A stretch of DNA of 63,699 bases. Origin: Candidatus Heimdallarchaeota archaeon (GTDB taxonomy: Archaea; Asgardarchaeota; Heimdallarchaeia; Heimdallarchaeales; Heimdallarchaeaceae). The notes beneath the pieces were generated by a model that worked only from the letters and a program-made list of their open reading frames with translations, was not told where the DNA came from and ran no database searches. A program made the translations under genes and the position numbers. Numbering within the stretch: the first letter of the stretch is position 1; every line of letters begins with the position of its first letter. The stretch is from positions 1-63,699 of the forward strand of contig JAHLWR010000022.1 of NCBI GenBank assembly GCA_019057815.1. The letters run 5' to 3'. This document shows positions 19,589 through 29,541 of this stretch, in pieces.

Positions 19589-20788
19589 TTATTTAGCAGC
19601 ACTTACTATTTTGATAATATCGTTTTTTTGCAATTCATAATCAGCACCTATTCTTCTTCCAGAAGGAGCAAGTTGTGCATGAATGAAGTTTTTTGCAAAA
19701 TCTGTATGAATTTTTCCTGCAAATTCAATAGCTGTTGTTCCTTTCGGTACAAGAAAAGCATCTGGTAAAACATTTCCATCATTATCTGTAAACTTTGCTA
19801 TATCTTCAACTGGATAAACTACTATCATTTCCATGATATCAAAGACTACATATCTCACTATTTCTTGTACTCCAGTAGAACCATACTTATCTAGAATCTC
19901 TTCTTTTATTTTTTTTAAAAGAGGTTTTTTCTTTCCCAATTTACCATCATCTAATACTTGATACGATGAATCACCTGTTGAATATGAAATAGATTTACAT
20001 TCATCCTCGGTCCTTAAGAAAACTTCAGCTAAAGCGCTAGCAGGAAACACTTTATCACCAAGCACTTCTTTCATTTTCTGATAATTATCGTGGGCTGTTA
20101 CTTGATCAATTTTGTTTGCTACAATTACGATAGGTTTGGCTTTTTGACGCATCATAGTGATTAACTGTTGCAAATTTTCATCCCATGTTTTTGGAGAATC
20201 ATCAACGATACCAAGTTCTCTTATTGATTCAATAATGGTACCTTTATTAAAATTTAAACCTGATAATTTTTCTGCTAGTAACACTGAAAGACGTAACTTC
20301 TCAGCTCCAGCCTTCTTCTTCATCCCTACATAATCTTTTTGAATAATATTAAAAATCCAAGCATCAAATTCTTCTTCTAAGAATTTTACATCTTTAAGAG
20401 GATCCCAAAGAGAGGAATCGTCAAGAGCTTGCCCTTCAGCATTGAGCTTCCCACTTGCGTCTACAACATGTATTAAGATATCAGCTTGCCTTAAATCGTC
20501 TAAAAACTTGTTTCCCAATCCTTTACCCTCTGAAGCACCAGGCACAAGTCCGGCTACATCAAGAAATTGAATAGGTAATAATCGAATACCATTATTACAA
20601 ATAGAATTTTTTGGATTATCTTCTACTCCAAGTTTCTTGCACACACAAGGGGAACGAACGTAAGCTGTACCTCTGTTTGCATCAATAGTTGTAAAGGGAT
20701 AATCTCCTGTTTTAGCTCCAACCATAGTTAGAGCATTAAGAAAAGTACTTTTTCCTGAACTAGGTTTACCAACGATTCCGATTAACAT
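19589..20788 (-). CDS. ychF: YchF/Ola1-family ATPase (Obg family, TGS domain)
   Basis: GKPSSGKST, YPFTT, DVAGLVPGA..G.GLGNKFL, NKID, C-terminal TGS domain. Confidence 0.93.
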   Translation of the reverse strand: MLIGIVGKPSSGKSTFLNALTMVGAKTGDYPFTTIDANRGTAYVRSPCVCKKLGVEDNPKNSICNNGIRLLPIQFLDVAGLVPGASEGKGLGNKFLDDLRQADILIHVVDASGKLNAEGQALDDSSLWDPLKDVKFLEEEFDAWIFNIIQKDYVGMKKKAGAEKLRLSVLLAEKLSGLNFNKGTIIESIRELGIVDDSPKTWDENLQQLITMMRQKAKPIVIVANKIDQVTAHDNYQKMKEVLGDKVFPASALAEVFLRTEDECKSISYSTGDSSYQVLDDGKLGKKKPLLKKIKEEILDKYGSTGVQEIVRYVVFDIMEMIVVYPVEDIAKFTDNDGNVLPDAFLVPKGTTAIEFAGKIHTDFAKNFIHAQLAPSGRRIGADYELQKNDIIKIVSAAK

Positions 20789-20912
20789 AAGCTACTCATA
20801 AAATGTAAAAATAAAAGTTTTTCATAGCATACACTTTTTATTTAAATGTAACAATACTAAATTTGTTCAATGACTATAACTACAAATAGTTATTCTTGCT
20901 ATTAAATATCAA

Positions 20913-21278
20913 ATGAAAATGATAGACAATAAAAAGAAAGGAGAGGAGAATCTTGGTGATTCAGACGAGGAGATTAAAGAGCACTTTCCTTCAATTTATC
21001 GAGAAATTAAAGAAAATGAAAAACTGCTAGAGGAAAAAGAGTTTCGAACGAGTTCTGGTATCAAGAAAATAAGCAAATTTAGTAACTTCACTCCAAGTAT
21101 TTTGGATTTCATTTGTCGATGTAAAACAGAAGAAGAAGCTATAGAAATTATAGATTTCATTCTTAATAGGAAGGAAATAACTAAAGAATATGCTGAATCT
21201 CTTAAGAAAAAATTAGTAAAAGAGGGTTTAGAGAGTTTCGGCGAACATAGGAAAGCTGGATATTACGAAAAAGCTTAA
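20913..21278 (+). CDS. DUF2095-like conserved archaeal protein
   Basis: FPSIYREI, PSILDFICRCKTEEEA.EIIDF, G..SFG..R..GYY. Confidence 0.75.
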   Translation: MKMIDNKKKGEENLGDSDEEIKEHFPSIYREIKENEKLLEEKEFRTSSGIKKISKFSNFTPSILDFICRCKTEEEAIEIIDFILNRKEITKEYAESLKKKLVKEGLESFGEHRKAGYYEKA

Positions 21279-21311
21279 AAAAGTGGAAAGAAAAAAGTGA
21301 AATCATTTCAT

Positions 21312-22544
21312 TCAATCTTTTTTATAAGCAATTTTACCATTTATGAAAGTCATCTCGTTTTCCGCATAAAAATCTTCAATTGGATGGGCAGACCAGATAA
21401 CAACATCCGCTTCCTTATTCTTTTCAAGACTACCTAGTCTATCTCCAACACCGATCATTTCAGCAGCATTAATAGTAACAGCTTTTAACGCTTCATTAAT
21501 AGGAAGACCTTCCTTTACAGCCATACAAGGTAGAACTTGGAAATAACGTAAACGTGTAAAGGAGTCACTTTGAATAGAAATCTTAACCCCAGCTTTCCAA
21601 AGTATATTGGGAGTCTTAAACGAAATATTACGTAATTCAACCTTTTCAAAACCAACAAGAGATGGACCTACTGAAACAGGAATACCCTTTTTAGCAATAT
21701 ACTCAGCTATTTTGTGCCCTTCGGTACCATGGATAATCATCATATCCAAATTAAATTCTTCAGCTAAACGGATTGAAGTGACAATATCATTATTCTGATG
21801 GCAATGGAAGTTCAAGGGGATTTCTCTATTAAGCACTTTTACTAAAACTTCCTTCCCTAAATCTCTATCAGGTTCTGAAGGTATTTTATCTTCTTCTCCC
21901 TTCGCTTCTGCTAACTTTTTCTTAGTTTCATATTCTTTCCATTTCTTTATGTATCCTTGAGCTTCAACGAAAGCCTTGCGAAAAACAGCTGCTGTTCCCA
22001 TTCGTGTAGATGGGAGTTTTTTCTCTGTACCGTAGACACGTTTAGGGTTCTCACCAAGAGCTGCCTTTAGACTTGATGGAGTTTTTACTATCAAATCATC
22101 AATTATCTTACTCTCACAATATGTTTTGATTATCGTATCTGTTCCTCCTATGACATTGCCACTTCCTGGACCTGTTTGAATCGTAGTAACACCACCGATT
22201 CTTGCCTCTACTAAACCAGGATCCTCAGGATTTATCGCATCAATAGCTCTAACATAAGCAGTATTAGGATCAGTCATTTCATTACCATCAAGACCAGCCC
22301 AACCAATGCTGCCATCGAACAAACCTTGATGTGTATGTGTATCTATAAAACCTGGTAATACATGCTTCTCTTCTGCATTCACTATTTCATATCCTTCAGG
22401 CACGTTTGCATCTTTCTCTAGAATTGCTTCTATCTTTCCCTCAGAAATCAATATTGTACCTTCTTCAATTATCTCTTCACTTTTATTACAAGTATAAATA
22501 GTACCATTAACAATTGCATATTTCATTATATATTCCTCGTTCAA
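21312..22544 (-). CDS. metal-dependent amidohydrolase
   Basis: PGFIDTHTH, KAALGENPKR, IHGTEG, TINAA, GSLE..K.AD. Confidence 0.9.
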   Translation of the reverse strand: MNEEYIMKYAIVNGTIYTCNKSEEIIEEGTILISEGKIEAILEKDANVPEGYEIVNAEEKHVLPGFIDTHTHQGLFDGSIGWAGLDGNEMTDPNTAYVRAIDAINPEDPGLVEARIGGVTTIQTGPGSGNVIGGTDTIIKTYCESKIIDDLIVKTPSSLKAALGENPKRVYGTEKKLPSTRMGTAAVFRKAFVEAQGYIKKWKEYETKKKLAEAKGEEDKIPSEPDRDLGKEVLVKVLNREIPLNFHCHQNNDIVTSIRLAEEFNLDMMIIHGTEGHKIAEYIAKKGIPVSVGPSLVGFEKVELRNISFKTPNILWKAGVKISIQSDSFTRLRYFQVLPCMAVKEGLPINEALKAVTINAAEMIGVGDRLGSLEKNKEADVVIWSAHPIEDFYAENEMTFINGKIAYKKD

Positions 22545-22651
22545 ATTTATTTTTAAAGTGATTCATTTAGTCATTAACATCTTTTCATAAACTAAGAATT
22601 AATCCTCAAAAGAAGTAGAGTTTAAAAAAGCTTGTTTATTCTCTATCATTA

Positions 22652-22987
22652 GTGGTTATAATGAGTTCAAGTTTAATTAACAGATTGAGAGAGTACGCTT
22701 CAAGCATGAAAGATTGGGATAAAATAAAGACAAGTGTCGAAGGAGTTTCTCTTGTTAAGATGCCCGGTGGAGAAAAACTTTCTCTTGAAATAATACCTTT
22801 AAATGAAGAAGGAAAACCTCTAAAGAGGAAAGGGTTGTTCGTAACATCAATTGAGCAATTTGAAGCATTCAAAGACATCTTCATAAACGAAAAAGCTCAT
22901 GATCTTATTCAAGGAATTGATGCTTTAATTGAAAAAAAGGTTGTTGACAAAGATTCTTCTGAAGAAGAGGATGTTTTCGAACTCTAA
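22652..22987 (+). CDS. conserved archaeal hypothetical protein
   Basis: KDW...KTSVEGVSLVKMP...LEIIP...GKP.KRKGL pattern; acidic tail. Confidence 0.7.
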   Translation: MVIMSSSLINRLREYASSMKDWDKIKTSVEGVSLVKMPGGEKLSLEIIPLNEEGKPLKRKGLFVTSIEQFEAFKDIFINEKAHDLIQGIDALIEKKVVDKDSSEEEDVFEL

Positions 22988-23106
22988 ATTCATTTTTCAG
23001 CTGTTTTTGCATTTTTCTTTTCATATTTTCATTAATTTTTTGCGATTTTACTAGCATTAATTCAACAAAAGATAAAAGTAAGCATAAGTTTACAAATACG
23101 AAACTA

Positions 23107-24408
23107 ATGAAAGCAGTCATATTTGCAGCTGGACATGGAGTAAGATTACGCCCTTTAACAAATACCATCCCTAAACCTTTGTTAAAGGTTCTTGGAGAAC
23201 CAGTTTTGTTTCGGTTAATTTCTTCATTAACTGATTTTGGTATAGAAAGTTTTGTTGTGATTACTCATTATCATGAAGACACAATTATTTCTGAAATTTC
23301 GCAAAAATTCCCATCTCTTGATATTACCTTTGTCCACCAACCTGAAACCAAAGGGACAGGTAATGCCCTTTTACAGGCTAAAGATCAAATAACAGAGGAC
23401 TTTTTTATTGCAGTTAATGGTGATTGTGTTTTTTCTCCATCTCTCATCCAACAAACAGTAGAAGCTGCAAAAAGAGGTGTAGTAACACTGGGTGGAAAAT
23501 TTGTTAGTGACACTGAAAATTTTGGGATTATAATAGTCGATAATAATAATAATCCACAAAAGATTGTAGAAAAACCTGAGAAGGGTTTAATTCTAGAAGG
23601 GTATGCGAATATTGGTATATATTCACTTAGTTCAACCATTATTGATATTTTAGAGGATATGGAGACTAAAAATAGTTTTTCTCCCAGAGGTGAGTATGAG
23701 ATTCCCGAAGCAATAAACAGATTATTAGAAAAAGGGCAGTTTGAATCAGTTTTAATAAAATTAAACAATAATGATTATTGGTTTGATATTGGTAGACCTT
23801 GGTCCCTTCTAGAAGCTAATGAAGCTGTTTTAGCTCATACTAGCGAAGTAAGAGAAGGAACAGTTCAAGATGGAGCTCATTTGAATGGTAAGGTGATAAT
23901 CATGAAAAATGCGATTGTTAGAAGTGGTTCATATATAGAAGGACCAGTTTTTATCGATGAAAATGCGGATATTGGCCCAAACTGCTATATCCGTTCAGGT
24001 ACATATATTGGTAAAGGAAGTAGAATAGGGAACGCTTGTGAGGTTAAGAATTCAATCATTGAAGAAAATACCCACATAGCACATCTTTCTTACATAGGTG
24101 ATTCAATTATTGGTCCTGATGTTAATTTCGGAGCTGGTACCATCACAGCTAATTTACGTTTAGATGATAAAACGATTCCAGTAAGTGTTAAAGCCATAAA
24201 AGAAGATAGTGGTAGAAGAAAACTTGGTCTTATCTGTGGGGCTCGAGTTAAGACAGGTATTGGGGTTCTTTTCATGCCTGGTGTTAAAATAGGAAATGAC
24301 ACATGGATTGGAGCTGGAACGAATGTACATGAAGACATACCTGCAGAATCAATTTATTATTCCCGACATGATTCTATACTAAAGAGGAAAAGAAAAGATG
24401 TTGGTTAA
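23107..24408 (+). CDS. glmU: bifunctional sugar-1-phosphate nucleotidyltransferase/acetyltransferase (archaeal GlmU-like)
   Basis: AAGHGVRLRPLT..PKPL, SPRGEYEI, hexapeptide repeats, HLSYIGDS, NFGAGT. Confidence 0.9.
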   Translation: MKAVIFAAGHGVRLRPLTNTIPKPLLKVLGEPVLFRLISSLTDFGIESFVVITHYHEDTIISEISQKFPSLDITFVHQPETKGTGNALLQAKDQITEDFFIAVNGDCVFSPSLIQQTVEAAKRGVVTLGGKFVSDTENFGIIIVDNNNNPQKIVEKPEKGLILEGYANIGIYSLSSTIIDILEDMETKNSFSPRGEYEIPEAINRLLEKGQFESVLIKLNNNDYWFDIGRPWSLLEANEAVLAHTSEVREGTVQDGAHLNGKVIIMKNAIVRSGSYIEGPVFIDENADIGPNCYIRSGTYIGKGSRIGNACEVKNSIIEENTHIAHLSYIGDSIIGPDVNFGAGTITANLRLDDKTIPVSVKAIKEDSGRRKLGLICGARVKTGIGVLFMPGVKIGNDTWIGAGTNVHEDIPAESIYYSRHDSILKRKRKDVG

Positions 24409-26017
24409 AGAACAAAACTCCATTAGAAAATCGTGGAAATCAAATAAAATTACTATTGGATTAATTTATCCTAATACATACAGGGTTGCATCTACAAGTT
24501 TAGGGGTTCAACTGCTTTATTTTCTTTTTAATAGTTGGGAGGATTTTATTTGTGAGAGAATATTCAAACCCATAAATCCCCGTATAACACCCTATTCTTT
24601 GGAAAGTCAGAAATCGCTTAGAGAATTTGATATATTAGCGATTTCCTGTCAATTTGAATTTGATTACATCCAGTCAATTGAACTCTTACTTAAAGCAGGA
24701 ATTAATCCAGATGTTAGAATGAGAACAGAAGAAGATCCTTTAGTTCTTCTAGGAGGACCAGCAAGTACAGCAAACCCGTTTTCCGTTTTATTCTTTCCAG
24801 ATTGTTTCTTTTTAGGAGATTTAGAAACAGTATCAGATGAACTAAAATCAGCTCTCGGAGAAACTTCCAAAAATAAGAAACTTGAAGCTCTTTCTCTTGT
24901 TCAAGGCATAATGGCATATAATTATCATTATACTCAGAAAGGAGAATGGATTGGAAATAGAATCTCAATTCCAAAGGTAAAGAGTTTTTCCGATACATTT
25001 TATCCATTAAAGCAAATTATACCTGATAATGTTAAAGGAACAAAAAATGAACCCATTTTAGGGAAAGCATATTATCTAGAAACATCTAGAGGATGTTCGC
25101 AGAGATGTAACTTCTGTTTTGTTGGAAATTGTCGCTTCCCAAGAACAGATAGGACTTTTAATGAACTAATAGAAATTGTCGATCAAGCTTGTGAGCTAAA
25201 TGATTTTGATAAATTTGTTATTTACGCAAGCTCCATGGGAGAAAATCAAAGGATTGGGGAACTAATCGAGTACATCATCGCTAAAGGTTATGAGGTATCT
25301 TTACCTTCATTAAGAGCAGAATTTCTTACTGAAGATTTGCTTTATTCCCTCAAAAGAGGAAAACAAAAAACTTTGACGCTCGCACCTGAAACGGGAAATG
25401 AAGAGTTAAGATTTGCTATAAATAAAAGAATAAGCAATAATCAATTCTTTACGACTATAAATAACGCGTGGAAAGTCGGTTTTAGGAAACTTAAATTGTA
25501 TATGATTTATGGATTCCCATGTGAAGGGAAGGAGACAAATAATGAAAACATTGAATTTCTACGAAAAATTAGAAAAGATTATTTTCCGAAGGGGAGAATT
25601 TCTGTTTCATTAAATCAAATGGTTACAAAATCTCAAACACCATTTCAATTTGCTCCAATGATGGATATCAAATCCTCAAAAGCAGTACAAAAATGGTATA
25701 GACCCAACATCTATAAAATGAAGAACATTGTGCTGTCCACCTCAGCTCCTGAATGGGGAGTAATTCAAAGGATTTTATCACTTAGAGATCAGAGATATTT
25801 TGATATTATTATTAAGATAGCGAAGGATCGAAATACAATTGGTAATTGGAAGAAGATTCTAAAAGAGAATAATAAATCTCTTGAATATGAAGGACAGTGG
25901 TATTATAATATAAAAGATTCATTACCTTGGGATCCATTGCACAGTGTTCTAGAGAAAAAAGCCCTTATTCAAGCTTATAAGAAATATATCAAAATTCAAA
26001 ATTGTGTAAAATACTAG
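24398..26017 (+). CDS. radical SAM protein (COG1032-like, with N-terminal cobalamin-binding-like domain)
   Basis: YPNTY..SLG, GGP..ANP, ETSRGCSQRCNFC, TLAPETG. Confidence 0.85.
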   Translation: MLVKEQNSIRKSWKSNKITIGLIYPNTYRVASTSLGVQLLYFLFNSWEDFICERIFKPINPRITPYSLESQKSLREFDILAISCQFEFDYIQSIELLLKAGINPDVRMRTEEDPLVLLGGPASTANPFSVLFFPDCFFLGDLETVSDELKSALGETSKNKKLEALSLVQGIMAYNYHYTQKGEWIGNRISIPKVKSFSDTFYPLKQIIPDNVKGTKNEPILGKAYYLETSRGCSQRCNFCFVGNCRFPRTDRTFNELIEIVDQACELNDFDKFVIYASSMGENQRIGELIEYIIAKGYEVSLPSLRAEFLTEDLLYSLKRGKQKTLTLAPETGNEELRFAINKRISNNQFFTTINNAWKVGFRKLKLYMIYGFPCEGKETNNENIEFLRKIRKDYFPKGRISVSLNQMVTKSQTPFQFAPMMDIKSSKAVQKWYRPNIYKMKNIVLSTSAPEWGVIQRILSLRDQRYFDIIIKIAKDRNTIGNWKKILKENNKSLEYEGQWYYNIKDSLPWDPLHSVLEKKALIQAYKKYIKIQNCVKY

Positions 26018-26504
26018 ATAGACTGAAAAATCGAAATTCCTATGTATATTAAAGCCAAATAGATTAGTATAATTATTATGCGTTTTGCTTGAGATATTAC
26101 TGGAGTTACATACTTACAGCAATAAACTAAACGCTAATATTTGCCATAATAATGTTTCATTTTATGTAATAGTAGGTTATTAGCGCTAATCAAAAGTTAT
26201 TAACGAATGTAGGTTTCGTAATAAGTAAGGCAACGCAGGTACAATCTTACAAATATTACAAGAAAAACATCTGGATTAATAGACGCAATTATGCCTCTTC
26301 ACGCTGTAATAGTTTATTACAAGGATTACGTGCAAGTTTTTAAACTGTGCGAATTATAAAATAGTTTTATTGTATATTTTTCTTGTGTTTAGATAACGGT
26401 ATAGCGGAAAAAAGTTAAACAAAGAGTTAGTAACTAGTTTATAAATAGATTTTAAGCACATTTAAAAACGAATGTTATAGATGTTGATTTAGTAGCTGAA
26501 GGAA

Positions 26505-26762
26505 TTGATCCTATTGGCAGCAATAGCGGTTGAACATACATCTATAAAGCAAGTTTCATTGGAGGGATTGCCACCCTCAGCTGTTAAGATTTACAAGATT
26601 GTGCGGGGAACAGGTCCCATCACGAGTAGAGAAATTGTTGATATGTGCGATTTGGCTCCGCGTACAGTCCGTCATGGGCTGAAACTACTTGTAAGATCTA
26701 GCTTAATACTGAAGTTACCTCACTTACTTGATATGCGTTCAAGTAAGTTTTACGTTGAATAA
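26505..26762 (+). CDS. small winged-HTH (MarR/TrmB-like) transcriptional regulator
   Basis: LPPSA.KIY..V...GPIT..EI.....LAPRTVRHGLK.L....D.R pattern. Confidence 0.8.
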   Translation: MILLAAIAVEHTSIKQVSLEGLPPSAVKIYKIVRGTGPITSREIVDMCDLAPRTVRHGLKLLVRSSLILKLPHLLDMRSSKFYVE

Positions 26763-26850
26763 AATTACAAAAAGAAAATAGGTAAGAATTTTCACATTTT
26801 TATTTTTCGCTATTTAAAGGGGGTTGAAAAAGGGAAAAGGAAGAGAAAAA

Positions 26851-29154
26851 CTATACTTCAATATCACTGCTAGCAAATAAAACATCACGATTTATTGCAT
26901 TTTTGAATAGTTGGAGTAAAAGTTCGTTAGTTGTACGGATACCAATTGGTACTTCATCCGCGGTTAGGAATGCAAATACTGCTTCATTATTTGAATCAAG
27001 TATTCCACAATAGACATCTTTTTTAGGATAGTTTTTCACTTTCATCCCTGTGAAACGTTCAGCTAAAGGACGTAATATTGTTTGGTGCTTTCGAATATCA
27101 TAGTTCGAAACTAGAGTTATTCTATGAGCTTTTGTGTATTGCATCATTTCTTTTAAAAGATCTTCATCTACTTCAGGAGTTACAATCAAGAGAGAAGTTT
27201 TTGCTCTCATTGCGATATCAGTAATACTGGCATTAATCGCTTCTTCTCCAACAATAATCGAAGTATTGTGTTGTCCTTCGAAATTGTATGAGGATGCTGC
27301 TTTATCGATCTGCTTAAGCTCATCTTCTCTATTATTTACAACTTGATAATAAGCCATAGCTTTTTCCAACAGAGAATCCATTTGTTTTAGCAAAACTTCA
27401 TCAACGTCTTTTACAACATTTGCAACTTGAGATACAACAGTATTAATTTGCATTTCCTCAGCTTCATTGACCTGTGCTATTAAATCTGTTTTTGAGTTTT
27501 CTTTATGCTTTTCAAGATCATTTTTCAGATTACTAACTTCATTTGAAAAAGTTTGTTGCATCTCTTCTACTACTTTACCGAATTGTCCAATATACTTCTG
27601 AATCTTGGATTTAGTGGCATTACCCATCTTCTCTGTATCTTGTCTCGATTTTTCGAGTTCGTTTATTACATTTCCTTGCAGTTTAATAATAACATCTGTA
27701 TGATTTTTTGTGAAATCTTTGATTTGCGCATTTGTGCTCTCTTCATTTTCTGTGAGTTTTTTCTCAATTGTTTCCTTCAATTTATCTGTAACTTGAGTAC
27801 AAGATTCTAAAGCAGACAATGCATATTTCTCTATTTCGTTTTGTACAGCATTTAAAACCTCATTTGGTAGAAGGTTCATTTTTTCTACACCATTATCTTC
27901 AATTTGTTTTTTCTTTGTTCTTATATTTGTATCTCCACTTATTAAGAAATGATCTAACTCAGTTTTTAGTTGATCCCGTACTTCATTTAAACCAATAACG
28001 TGTTGGTCAATTAGCTGTAAACCACCTTCATTAAGATCATTTGCAAGGTCTCTAACAGTATTTCTAGAAACAATAAGCAAATCTTCTGCTTCTTTTTTTG
28101 TTTTTCCAATATTTATACGAGAAGAAGATTCTACAGTTTTCAGAGTTTCTGCAATTTTTGTTGTAAGGAAGTTTACTTTTCTATCTATTTGTTCAACACT
28201 TCGCCTTAATTGCTGTGTCTGTTTTATCTGATTAGTAAATAGGTCATTGATATTACGGCTTAATTCTTCAACCATCGTCCTTGTTTCATTTGTCCATGAT
28301 GAATAAGCTTGATTCCAAACTTGGTTATATTGTTCAATAAAGGAATCTTGCAAATCATCTATTTGCTTTATCTGTTCTTTCAGAACACCATCTAATTCCA
28401 CGGGAACACTTTCTAAATACTCTTTGTGATTACTATTATGAGCATCAAGTCCATTTATTATAAAATGCTTCAAATTGGTTGCAGTTTCTTCAATATTTTC
28501 TAAAACTGAATCTAGGAGTTGACTCCCTTTTTGATTTGCAGAATGATGGAATTGTTTAATAAAAGCATTAAGTTCTTTGATGAAGGCATCCAACTGTGTT
28601 GAAAAAGTCAGAGGATGCTCTACAACAGCAGACAAATATTTTACTACTTCACCTTGAGTGTCTTTCAGAAACGTTGTTGCGGCAGTTTCTACATAATCAG
28701 TACTTGTAACGAATCTATCATAAAGACTATCCAAAAGTTGTTTAACTAAACCTGACACGATATGGATATCGAAAATATGAGTGTCACCTTTAATATCTAG
28801 AGAACCACCAAATTTCTCCTTTTCTTGGTGATATGATTCTTTAACTTTTTTCAAAGCTGTGACGATTCCATCAACAGAATAAAGAGTATCACGCTCAATG
28901 ATAATATACTCTTTCAGAAAAGGCAACAATGCAAAATATTGTGGAGTGTTTCCAGATATTTTTTTAAGGAAACCTAACTCCTCTAGATTCTTTGCAGATT
29001 GGATAAGAGTTAGTGGATCCAGTTTCGTAACAACTAATAGTTCACCGATAGTAACCTTACCTAAACATAAGGTCGCAGTATATACTTTAATATCAGTTTC
29101 ATTAAAACCGATGCGAGTTAAAAGTGGAGGTAAAATATCTATTGATTTAGACAT
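26851..29154 (-). CDS. TrmB-type HTH + long coiled-coil + C-terminal TrmB/PLD-like domain protein
   Basis: N-terminal GFNETDIKVY..L..LG HTH; about 500 aa of helical heptads; C-terminal IIVGEEAI..RAKTSLLIVTP..GIRT domain. Confidence 0.75.
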   Translation of the reverse strand: MSKSIDILPPLLTRIGFNETDIKVYTATLCLGKVTIGELLVVTKLDPLTLIQSAKNLEELGFLKKISGNTPQYFALLPFLKEYIIIERDTLYSVDGIVTALKKVKESYHQEKEKFGGSLDIKGDTHIFDIHIVSGLVKQLLDSLYDRFVTSTDYVETAATTFLKDTQGEVVKYLSAVVEHPLTFSTQLDAFIKELNAFIKQFHHSANQKGSQLLDSVLENIEETATNLKHFIINGLDAHNSNHKEYLESVPVELDGVLKEQIKQIDDLQDSFIEQYNQVWNQAYSSWTNETRTMVEELSRNINDLFTNQIKQTQQLRRSVEQIDRKVNFLTTKIAETLKTVESSSRINIGKTKKEAEDLLIVSRNTVRDLANDLNEGGLQLIDQHVIGLNEVRDQLKTELDHFLISGDTNIRTKKKQIEDNGVEKMNLLPNEVLNAVQNEIEKYALSALESCTQVTDKLKETIEKKLTENEESTNAQIKDFTKNHTDVIIKLQGNVINELEKSRQDTEKMGNATKSKIQKYIGQFGKVVEEMQQTFSNEVSNLKNDLEKHKENSKTDLIAQVNEAEEMQINTVVSQVANVVKDVDEVLLKQMDSLLEKAMAYYQVVNNREDELKQIDKAASSYNFEGQHNTSIIVGEEAINASITDIAMRAKTSLLIVTPEVDEDLLKEMMQYTKAHRITLVSNYDIRKHQTILRPLAERFTGMKVKNYPKKDVYCGILDSNNEAVFAFLTADEVPIGIRTTNELLLQLFKNAINRDVLFASSDIEV

Positions 29155-29310
29155 TTTTTTTCAGCCTATCAGTCCTATACAATACTTCCTTAATAATGTT
29201 GTCGCATTAGGACACTTTAAAAAACAGGTAGTTTCTTGTAGAGTAAAAATGAACAATGTATCAGAAAGTGTATTTTTCTATTCTTAGTACTTCCGCAATA
29301 AGCTTTCTAC

Positions 29311-29436
29311 CTATCCCATTATTAAAACGTCGTCCTTGCTTCTAGCATTCAAACAGATCTTGGTGACTGACCAGTCACCTTTCATAGCCTTTTTAATTAT
29401 AAGTTCGGGATCACGGACGGGTTTCATTGTAATCAT
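29311..29436 (-). CDS. putative 41-aa small protein (not in ORF track)
   Basis: MITMKPVRDPELIIKKAMKGDWSVTKICLNARSKDDVLIMG*; GGGGG upstream of the ATG; fills a 390-bp gap. Confidence 0.45.
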   Translation of the reverse strand: MITMKPVRDPELIIKKAMKGDWSVTKICLNARSKDDVLIMG

Positions 29437-29541
29437 ATGCCCCCAGTATTTTCAGATTCTTAACTGTTACCAAAGCTGGTTGGCATAACAGAAGTAATAA
29501 TTCTCTAAAAAAACTTTTAAGCGAATATCTGCATATCTGAT

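Noticed and set aside
26018-26504. Replication origin
   Set aside because: No ORB/mini-ORB repeats with G-strings and no adjacent cdc6/orc1
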